From: Parasitella parasitica NRRL 2501
Taxonomy: Eukaryota > Fungi > Mucoromycota
DNA: 64,000 nt
NCBI GenBank assembly: GCA_025201805.1
Contig: MU619247.1
Location: forward strand, 328,708 to 392,707
Direction: 5' to 3'
Position 1 is the first letter of the stretch; each line of letters opens with the position of its first letter. The position numbers and the translations under genes are program-made. The notes under the pieces are model-generated. The model made no database searches. It had not been told where the DNA came from and worked only from the letters and a program-made list of their open reading frames with translations. This document shows positions 54,319 to 64,000 of the stretch, in pieces.

Positions 54319-54744
54319 TGTCATGAACCTGTCAAGCCAAAACAATTATACATCTTGATCTAAAAATACATATCACCTCGTTCTTCCCTAATCGATTCAC
54401 ATTGCATTCTTGCCTTACTCATCCACATTATACTATTGACTTATTGATTCACAATATCCTATTTACCTAATTTATCCACATTATAGTAAATAGTCTATTT
54501 CACATTTCAGTGAAATAGACAGCTCGCAAAAAAGTATAAATAGAGGCTATTTTGACCAGCAAAGAAGAGTTTTCTTCGTCAGATCTCCTCATCGAATTCC
54601 CTTATTAAATATCCCTAGCAATCTCCTTATCTTTCTCCACCTTTCCCTTATTTAATCATAACCTCCTTGTTTGAAATAAACTTCTGCATATCTTCTCTTA
54701 GTACTCTGTCCCTGATTATCTAATAAGGCCGTAGATCCCTGATA
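54319..54744 (+). mobile_element. Solo LTR, family D, copy 1 (426 bp, TG...TA ends)
   Basis: 5-bp TSD GTTGC; TATAAATA and AATAAA inside; inverted homolog at 63469-63929. Confidence 0.9.
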
Positions 54745-54908
54745 GTTGCTCATCGAAAATGCGTACGGTTATTGAGACTTAGTAAAATACCAAGGAACAA
54801 GTTTCTAATCTCTCAATCTATTCTTGGAGTCTAACAAGGTTGTCAAAATGGGAAGAAACGTTTCCTCTGATCTGAAGTAGAAAATTGAAAGAGACCCCGA
54901 CTTCGTTG

Positions 54909-57900
54909 TGTATTATTCTGTGTAGAGTTAGCCTAATATAGTGATTATATTATTCAGTGAAAAGAGACTGACTTTATTGAGGTAGATATTGAGTTGACTT
55001 TATATTATGTAAAATAATAACGTGACATTCCCCTCTGTGATAAGATATATATGAATGAAATAGTAAATAAAATATATTCTTTGGATAAATATATGATGGG
55101 TTTAGAATCGCATTAAAAAACCTGTGGCCAGGGAAAAAGCTTGATTGTTGTGTTTATAGAAATGTTGGTTACTTGTTAAATGGTTTTAACATTGTTATGT
55201 GGACATTTGAGAGTGTCTTTTTGGTTTCATTGTTTGATATGTTGTAACGATGCTTGGACAGTATTTTTGTAATTGTGAACGGACTTAACCAATCTGGCGA
55301 TAATTTTCTAGGTTTGTTCCTTGTGGATAATGCATTGTTATAAGTGAGAACTTGGTCATGTAGTTGATATGTCCGGTAGTCGTTGAAATTTTGATAACAT
55401 TTTTGTATGTTGTTATTCACGATTTCAAATGCTTTATCTAATTTGTGTTTTAGATCGGTTGCGAACTTTGACATGGGTGTGTGATTATCTTGATACATTT
55501 CCGGTAGCTGTTCCTCATTGATGGAATTTAACGGTGTTCTTGCTACTCTTCCATGCGCTAATTCGAATGGGGAGTGGAGTGTAGCGTGGTGGTAAGTTTT
55601 GTTGTATATAAACCTTATTGTTGTGCCAGTGTCAAAGGGCGCAGCGTAATGTTATGTAAATAAGATTTGTATAAAGTAATAAAGACTTTCTGAATAAAAC
55701 CAGATACAAAACTGAAGACTTTTATTGACATAAGATATGATCTCTATTTATACTAAAATATATCCCAATCAATGTTTATCCACATAACATCTGATGTTTG
55801 ACAAGAAGTGTCAAACCTTATTAAATCACAGCATTTCCAGGACAGACCTATCTTTCTATTTTACATTAAAGAGAAGATTGGGTAGGATGTCTTCCCGACA
55901 TCCCGCGATCTGATCTAGATGTATTCTTTGAATAAGCCTGGAACCTTGCAAGAGGTCCAATTACAACTTGTAGCTTATTCCTTATTTGTAAAAGAATTAC
56001 CAACAATTAATATCATGATCCGTGCATTATGACTAAGTTAGATATGACATATGTAGCCTTTATATGGATACAACACTTATCAGCTTGAGATTTTTGTCCC
56101 AGTGCTGTACTATTTCTGCTTCGTTTGCGTATATATGAGTATCATTGTGCGTAAAGTTTTCATAAAGCGTTCAACTATTTCATTACTGCTTTGCTTATTC
56201 GGAGGTGTGTGTATTATCTTTATGTCAACGTATTTTGCGAGATCGTGGACCATTTGGGATCCAAACGGAGGACCATTATCGCTGATGATTCTCTCAGGTA
56301 CGCCGTGTCGAGTTATGAATTGGTTATACACTATATTCACTAGTTCTGAGGAGTTTATTGTTTTGGATGGATATATCTCCACGTATTTAGTAAATGTGTT
56401 GATGACCACAAGTATTTAGCGGTAGCCTTTAGCTGTTTCTGGTAATGGACCGAAGTGATCCATGGCAATTATTTTAAATGGCGCATCGCCTGCTATTGTC
56501 GTCATTTGGTAATTGTAATTTTTGTTTCCCTTAACGTATTGACACATTTGGCACTTGTTGATGTACGTCTTGATATCCTTGTCTATTCCCTGCCACCATA
56601 AGTTTGCCTTCAGTATCGATTGTTTTGTCTTGGTGATACCTCCATGTCCCGCAAACTTGCTCTGATGATGGGTGTCTAGTACGTGAGAGCTAGGTATAAT
56701 CTTGTATGCTATCTTATTGAAGATTTTGACTTGTTTGTATTTATCGTTGGTATTGGTGAAGTAGTATTTGAGACGAGGATCACTTTGCTGCTCTTGTGTC
56801 CAATTGATAGTTAGCGCAGTGACATCCGTGGCATTTATAGATCTTGAAAGTGCATCAGCGACTTTGTTTGTCGTGCCTGGAATGTATTTTACAGTGAAAT
56901 AATAAGATTGGAGAAACACGCACCATCTCCAAAGTCTTGGTTGCATGTCTTGATTTGATTTGAGAATCCATTGCAGAGATGAATGATCTGTATAAATAGT
57001 GAAATGTCCTCTTTCGAGAAATGCTCTGTGTTTTTTGATACCAAATATAATAGCGAGTGCTTCTATTTCTCTTACAGGATAGTTTCGCTCGTGTTTTGTT
57101 AAAGCTCTTGATGCGAAGGATAAAGGGTAAGGTGTTTCGTCATATTTTTGGCACAGTACGACAGCAATACCCGCAGTAGTGGCGGCATCACAATAGAGTT
57201 CGAATGGTTTGTGGAAATCCGGTTGTCGTAATATGGGTAGTTGTGCCAATGCATACTGGATGCGGCGGAACGCCTGTTCTTGTTCAGCTTCCCAGCCGAA
57301 AGGATGATCTTTTTGTTTAAGACGCCTTAATGGTTCTGTCATTATTTGATATTGTGATATGAAGCGTTGATAAACTCCTGCCATTCTGAGGAAACGTTCT
57401 AGCTCTTTTATGTCTTTTGGAGGACGCAAATTTACGATAGGTTGTATCTTGTCAGGATCTGCCTGTATTCCTTGTTGTGACACTATAAAGCCAAGGAATG
57501 TAATTTGAGTTAAAGCAAACTGGCATTTTTTTATGTTGATGAATAGATTAGCATCCCTAAACTTATCTAGAAGGCGTTGTAAGTCCTTCATGTGTTGTTC
57601 GAAGGAGGTAGAGTACAGTATTGTGTCATCTTGGTACGCAATAACTGACTGGTAACGCATTGATCCAAGTACTTTATCCATCAAAATTTGGAAATATGCT
57701 GGCGAGTTTTTCGTACCCATGACCATCGTGTTAAAAACCCAGGTTGCGCTTGGTGTGACCAGAGCTGTTTTTTCTCGGTCCTTGAGATTTATGGGAATTT
57801 GGAAATATCCTGATATTAGGTCGATTTTTGAGAAGATTTTTGTCTTTCCCAGGGATTGCAGGGCGTGATGCATATTGATGAATGGGTATTTGATAGTGTG

Positions 57901-60001
57901 AGTAATTTGATTTAGTTTTACATAGTTCCCACATATTCTAATACTTCCGTCTGGTTTTGGTACGGCCGTTACGGGCGAGCCCCATTGTGTGAAATCTACT
58001 TTCGAAACGATGCCGTTTTTTTCGAGTTCTTGGAACTTATCGTCAATTTGTTGTTGAATTTCGGGATGCTAAGTTCGAGGTTTAGTATAGATAGGGTCGT
58101 GGTTTCCTGTGTCAATGCCAAACTCCATTTTGTTTGTGATACTGGGCGCCTCATCGTCTTTGCGAAATAGCTCTTGATATTTGTGTAAAACTGATTGCAG
58201 TTTTGTGTTCTGAGTGTCGGTGAGGTGTATTGAATTGGACTTGTCTATTGTGGTTTGATACTCGACTTGCAGCGTTTGAAAATTAGTGTGTATCGTAATG
58301 TGCTTTACGAATGTATTGATTGACACTTTCCACTCATTCATTAGGTCCCAACCTATTATCATTTCTCTGGCTAGACCTTGGATGACATGGAATGAAATTC
58401 GTTGTTTGAAAAGCTCCAAGGTAGTTGTACCCTTAGTTTTTGTCGTTTTCTTTTTTACGTCAGCATACTCGATAGTATCGAAGTTGTTTACCGTCAAACT
58501 TAATTTGTTACAAGCTTCGAGACTAATGGCGGATAAGCCAGCACCTGTGTCCCATAGTGCATGGATGATATGATTGTTGATATTGATTGCCGTGGTGGGT
58601 GTAAACGAATCATGCGTTTGAAAGACATGAACAGGTTTTGCTTCAATTGTGTTGATAGTAGAAGGGAGTTCTACTTGATCTGCTTCTGGCTGTGTGTTTA
58701 TGTTGGAAATGGTGCGTGAGTCGCACTTATAGTTGTAGTGATTTCCTCCGCAATGACCGCAAAGAGGATTTCCATGTTTATCATATCCTTTGGGCACGTT
58801 ATCGTTCTGCTTGCGTGGAGTACGATGGTTGAATGTATTATGTTGATTTACGCCGTGCCTGCCGTTTTTGTTGTTATAACGGTTCTGGTTCCCTTTTTTA
58901 AATGGTTTAGTGCACTTTTTAGTTTTATACATATGATCTACTTCCATGGGGTCATCGTATTCAGATGAGTTTGCCTTTATGGTATGGACTTTTTCAGTGT
59001 ACTCGATTAAAAGAGCTTTATTTTCAATGTCGATCGCTTTCGAGATAACATCGTCAACCCTGGTTATGTCTTTGATTTCAATATATGTTACTAGAGTAGA
59101 GCGAAGTCCTTTGTCTTGTAACGATTGAGTAAACATATTAATTTTTTGGTCTTCTGTCATTTGACTGGCTGGAAGAAAATTCAGGAGATGTTGCCATTTG
59201 GCACTGTGTAATCGGATCGATTCACCTTTTCCCTGTCTGCATTGACGAAGGTTCTTAGTGAATTCCCGGTATTCCACTTCGGCAGGTTTGCCAAATTGCA
59301 ATAGAAGTTGTTCCTTTAGGGTAACCCATGTTTTCCTTATGTCGGCGGTTTGTGTGGGTAACCAATTTTTGATGATTGGAGACATATGTTTGCCCAGCTG
59401 AACTGTGCATATATCCATGTCTTCAATACCTACGAATGAGGCCAGAAGCTCGAATTCCTTTAAGTAAATTCTTAAGCTATCACTAAGATCATAAATAGGC
59501 ATGTCGATTAACTTAACTTTTTCGAAGTTAAGGTACTTCATGAAGTCTGCATTGCTGTGAGTCATTTTGAAGTGTTCCGGAGCGGTGTTGTAAGATAATT
59601 GTGATTCTATAGTGTAGTAAGAATCGGATGAAGCAACTGATAGATTTGAACTTAGTAATTGGTTTCTGATAAGATGGAGAAGCTCTAGTTCAAAGTCGAT
59701 ACGTTTGCTAACGTAGTTGTCAGGTTCCAGTGATCGGGAACGTTTGATGGATGTAGGTTGTAGTTGGTTGAGTTTTTTTTGTTTGGTAATGTTGAGTTGC
59801 TATTATTTGGGGTGTTGTGTTGTGTGTGTTTGAGTCTCTTATTGTGAAGTTGATCTGATCTTTGAAATTGGTAGCCTCACCATGTATTATTTTGTGTAGA
59901 ATTAGCCTAATATAGTGATTATATTATTCAGTGAAAAGAGACTGACTTTATTGAGGTAAATATTGAGTTGACTTTATATTATGTAAAATAATAACGTGAC
60001 A
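54909..60001 (-). mobile_element. Near full-length but defective Ty3/gypsy LTR retrotransposon (element E)
   Basis: 119-bp LTRs at 59883-60001 and 54909-55027 (3 mismatches); 4-bp TSD GTTG; PBS TGGTGAGGCTACC; PPT GAGGGGAA. Single gag-pol frame from 59565: CCHC, DTGA protease, RT (YQDD), RNase H, integrase (SDNG). Stops at 58069 and 56416, a later frameshift, and an integrase interrupted by LTR F. Confidence 0.97.
55619..56075 (-). mobile_element. Solo LTR F nested in the integrase of element E (457 bp)
   Basis: TGTTGT...ACAACA termini; 5-bp TSD CTTAT; excision rejoins NLKLIR-FIYNKTYH. Confidence 0.92.
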
Positions 60002-61070
60002 GTTGAAGGTATAGTCTTCAAGGATCACTTGATTTGGGTTTTTATTGCAAAAGTAAAGAGGTTATTCGCGGGGATACTGTGAGCCTTAAAGAATTGAGCC
60101 AGAAGGTCCACAAAAGAAGGTTACTTAAGGATAACAGCACGCCAAAACTAAGCGACAGAGGGATAGACAAGCTTTGTGAAAACTAGATATTTTATGCTGC
60201 GAAAGATGTGTTTGTCTCCGTAGAGATCTTTAAAGCGTTAGAATATCTTGAAGTTGTTGATGCTCTTAATATCTGCAGTCCTTCTGGATACATTAGCAAG
60301 TGTGGTTATAATATCGATATTTTATATATCGATCATCATTTTATGCGATATTAAATCGTGAGTTACTACCTAATGAATAGCAACTATTTATATAGTCAGA
60401 AAAATAGAACAGCCAACATATCAGATAAGAAATGAATCTTTGATGTATATTTCAGATATTTCAATACAATAAAAAGAGACTTGTAATAATTCACAGCTTT
60501 CAACTGTATCCGAACAATAAAAGAAGTATATCGTTTATTATGATATAAATACCCTGTATTTTTATCTTCAATTATTTACTACAACTGACATGGTAGCTGT
60601 TGTAATAACCAATAGATTAATGTGATAGTATGTTGTCACTGTTGATGAACGAATAGAAAATACACCGTGTTATCATTGTCAATTGGTTTGATATGTTTCA
60701 TTGTTGAGATTGATCTAAGAATATGAGCTGATGTAACATATCAAATAGTTTGTTCGCACCTTGACATTTGAGAGCAAGTCCGCATATCTTGTTGATGTCA
60801 TGGCAGCCGAGACATTGCGATATCCAGTGACCGTTGAGATATTATACTGATTCGTATCCGATACAATCATATAATATATTTGCAGTAAATCAGCAAGCGT
60901 AGTACTTGTAGGAATTGATATAGTGCAGATGTAGCAGTGCGTATACATCAATCTTTACAAATCTCGATACATGCTAGTCAATGTATGAAGCATAGCCAGA
61001 TATTTTAATCAAAGACCTCAATCCAATGGTGAGGCTACATAGATAGATAGAATATTCTTTGAGATGTGAT

Positions 61071-61715
61071 TGTTGTGCCAAGTCTTGAAAATGAGCACAA
61101 CAGGTGATTGTTTATGATATAAAGAATATAAGAAAGTAATAAAGACTTAATTTACCAGATACAAAACTATTGATGTATTGATTGACAAAAAAGCTGTCTA
61201 TTTATATTAAAATAAATCTATCTGGATCAATCTATAAAATACAATGAGGTCATGCTTGACATTTAATATTGTCAAACAAGAATAAAATGCAGTAGTATTC
61301 AGAGCAAGACCTATTTCTATATTTATACAGCTAATCGTTATGAATGTGAATCATTCATCGATAAGTTGAGCTTCGCAATTTAGAATAAGTAGAACACAAA
61401 TAGATGGATTCTTATACAAGTGATTATATCGAATACTTCTATTTACTAAATAGAATAATCGATGCCATTTAACCTTAGTGTTATGTCAAAAGTCTGATAA
61501 AATAAATCTGCCAAAGAATTACACCTTTATTCATAATACATCTCTCGATGTATTATATACACATTCATTACACTAGGGTTCTACTGTCTAGCTGCATAAT
61601 GTAAATCATGACTACCCATGATTTACTGTAAGACCCTGGGACTGATCTGAGATCCTGATGTGAGACTTTGCCATGTTATTGATATAACACTTAGATCCGA
61701 TCAGGAACGGTTGCC
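61071..61715 (-). mobile_element. Diverged relative of LTR F, itself interrupted by LTR A copy 2; right end approximate
   Basis: Shares the TGTTGTGCCA start and the AAGTAATAAAGACT...ACCAGATACAAAACT...CTATTTATA blocks with 55619-55760. Confidence 0.6.
61479..61689 (-). mobile_element. Solo LTR, family A, copy 2 (211 bp)
   Basis: Reverse complement of 52666-52876 with 3 differences seen; its own 5-bp TSD CTTAG. Confidence 0.92.
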
Positions 61716-61743
61716 ATGGCAACTGAATTGAAATAGTGGTAAC

Positions 61744-62599
61744 TGTGGAATCGGTATAAGTTATATGGATTCACGGAAAAAAATTATAAAAAACAATAAA
61801 GTCAACTTGATAAAGATAAAGGTTTTATTATCAAATCGACAGGTGTATAAAGCTCCAGTTCATCTACTGGCCAGATAGATGAACCTTTATATACTTAAAC
61901 TGTAGATAAATGTTCTACTCTCGCAATTTAACATGTACGACAATACTGCGTAACTAGCATCTTAACTTTGTGCTAACCAATCAACATATCAGCTGACTCA
62001 ATATAACTTAAATCTATTTGAGTGAGAAGATAGACTTTACCCGAGGTAGTACCCTGATCAATCTTCTATGCGAAGATTATTAATATCGATCCATAAGCGT
62101 ATATCATCTCTTGTATAGTCTTATCCAGTCTATATTAATAGTACATGTCTGAGTGTATATCACTTGGTATTCACCTTAGCATATATCGGTATATGTAGCA
62201 TGTCTATAGCATGTCATAAGCATATCTATAGCATTGCACATATTGTACAAGTCTGTAGTGCATGATGTATCTGTAGCTAGTATCATGGATACATGTATAT
62301 GTCTTGTAGTGCGTATCTAGAAACTGGGAATACGCATCTGAAACATAGATCTTATATAGCATAAGCTCGTAGCATACATTAAATCTAGTAAATGTCTAAG
62401 GCTCGTGTCGAGATATAAGTATTAGTCTATAGCGTCATCCATCCTAATGGTGCCGTCTCTAGCTTATATCTTATATAGTATAAATCTGTATTGCACATCT
62501 TATTATCTGTGCGCATATGTAGTTTATATCAATTTAAGGTAAATGGATGAATCTAGAAGTGGAATATAATGCAGATCATCATAGTGAATGTATTTCACA
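61744..62599 (-). mobile_element. Solo LTR G (856 bp)
   Basis: TGTGGAAT...ATTTCACA termini; TSD GTAAC/ATAAC (one transition); excision gives GNNITVLCDH of the host RNase H. Confidence 0.7.
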
Positions 62600-63983
62600 A
62601 TAACAATATAACTGTATTGTGTGATCATATTGCCCTTACATATTTGTTCAGATCCTCCACATTAAATAGCACTCTCCAAGGTTATCTGGAAATTTTGGGA
62701 GAATACAATTTCTCGGTAGCACATATCAAAGGAATGGAAAACATTCTTGCTGATCGTCTATCAAGATTGTACCCTGCCAAAACTGAAGATGAGGAGCTTG
62801 CGGATGAATATGCTCAACAAATCAAGAAATTAGAAAAACTGATTTTACAACGAAGAGCAAAAGGAAACCAAATTATAAAACAAAGGAAAATTTATTCTAA
62901 TAAAGATCCAAATCTAAACGTACTTACTGTCAAAATCAGTGATAAAGAATTCCAGGAGGCCCAAACTGACTATCTTTGCCCGCCCAAAAGTGATCGAAAA
63001 CGAATAATTCAGGATGCCCATAAAATTGGTCATTTTGGTATGGCAGCTGTCGTAAAGCATATCCACACCTATCATGGCCTTCATTCGAAGAACATTTATA
63101 ATGATGTCAAGGAAATTTTGATGTCCTGTAAGGAATACCAATTACGTAATGTTGCAAAAAAAGGTTTTAACCCGGCGAAAAGTGTTGTATCGTATGAACC
63201 ATTTGATTTCATCAGCATGGATATGATCGGACCCTTACCTGTAACTGAGCGGGGAAACTGTTATATTCTTGTTGTTGTAGACATCTGTACGAAGTACATC
63301 ATTGCCCGAGCAGCCCCAAACAAGCAAAGTGATACTATTGCCAATCATCTAATAGTATCAATTTATGGAGATTATGGATTAGCAGTAAATATATATATAT
63401 ATTAATGTTACCTTCTCTGATAATGGACGCGAGTTCAAATCGAATCTCTCTGAATACATATACTATTCTATCAGGGATCTACGGCCTTATTAGATAATCA
63501 GGGACAGAGTTCTAAGAGAAGATATGCAGAAGTTTATTTCAAACAAGGAGGTTATGATTTAATAAGGGAAAGGTCGAGAAAGATAAGGAGATTGCTAGGG
63601 ATATTTAATAAGGGAATTCGATGAGGAGATCTGACGAAGAAAACTCTTCTTTGCTGGTCAAAACGGCCTCTATTTATACTTTTTTGCGAGCTGTCTAGTT
63701 CACTGAAATGTGAACTAGACTATTTACTATAACGTGGATCAATTAGGTAAACAGGATATCGTGGATCAATAAGTCAATAGTATAATGTGGATGAGTAAGG
63801 CAAGAATGACAGTGTGAATTAGAGAGGCAAGAATGCAATGTGGATCGATTAGGGAAGAACGAGGTGATATATATTTTTAGATCAAGATGTATAATTGTTT
63901 GGGCTTGAAGGCTCGACAGGTTCATGACAAAATCACTAAACATTGGCATGGTCCACAGCACCCCTTACTATGCACAAGGAAAT
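62600..63983 (+). mobile_element. Decayed Ty3/gypsy pol fragment (RNase H end plus integrase)
   Basis: TVLCDHIAL, HIKGMENILADRLSR, HKIGHFG, PFDFISMDMIGPLP, SDNGREF, and after LTR D copy 2, KSLNIGMVHSTPYYAQGN. Confidence 0.9.
63469..63929 (-). mobile_element. Solo LTR, family D, copy 2 (461 bp) inserted in the integrase
   Basis: Reverse-complement homolog of 54319-54744 with small internal duplications; degenerate TSD TATTC/AAATC; the integrase reads through across it. Confidence 0.88.
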
Positions 63984-64000
63984 TTTTTTTTTTTTTTTTT

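Larger units (their letters stand above)
52488..60240 (+). pseudogene. Fragmented putative DDE transposase fused to a WRN/EXD2-type 3'-5' exonuclease domain; host of the LTR nest
   Basis: After removing the insertions: LGEFH...KYL, PSGGYL, LKADHSFKVIDHI, PIFTALYTACNKYEEMR, FVFINNVGGDQAFL, VAFYCQW (DxEW-like), KVVKMGRNVSSDL, DLG...SLKELSQ, FYAAKDV (ExoIII). Many stops and frameshifts. Confidence 0.6.

Noticed and set aside
62569-62599. ATG start of the 278-aa pol ORF
   Set aside because: The first 10 codons derive from the end of solo LTR G, so this is not a genuine start.
52666-63929. Inverted pairs A1/A2 and D1/D2 as TIRs of one large DNA transposon
   Set aside because: Each copy has its own TSD or interrupts its own host ORF, so they are independent solo-LTR insertions.

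Overview
Eukaryotic, intron-rich fungal DNA. Short GT-AG introns, the gene content and the transposon types point to Mucorales (inference). Positions 1-49.3 kb are gene-dense: an ABCB/MDR transporter (truncated by the window), heme-thiolate peroxidase, Mrn1/Nrd1-like 4xRRM protein, cytochrome P450, Cdc25-like RasGEF, FYVE-less Fab1/PIKfyve-like kinase, mitochondrial GluRS, RPL30, a minimal BORCS6-like protein, NRP1-like RNA-binding protein, REX2, a sugar porter, PFK2/FBPase2, LSC2, cytosolic AsnRS and a C2H2 factor. Interspersed are LINE, Tc1 and DIRS relics, a multi-TM pseudogene and a 405-nt N gap. Positions 52-64 kb are a transposon nest. A decayed putative DDE-transposase/3'-5' exonuclease fusion is split by four solo LTRs and a near-complete Ty3/gypsy element with 119-bp LTRs, followed by more solo LTRs and a second gypsy pol fragment. 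The best new observation is in the coding-region intron of RPL30. It holds a copy of the yeast eL30-binding kink-turn core (GGA/AGAGAU), placed wholly inside the intron, together with competing pairings and a cryptic 3' splice site that would create a premature stop. This is a candidate autoregulatory splicing switch. All calls come from manual reading; no database search or folding program was run.
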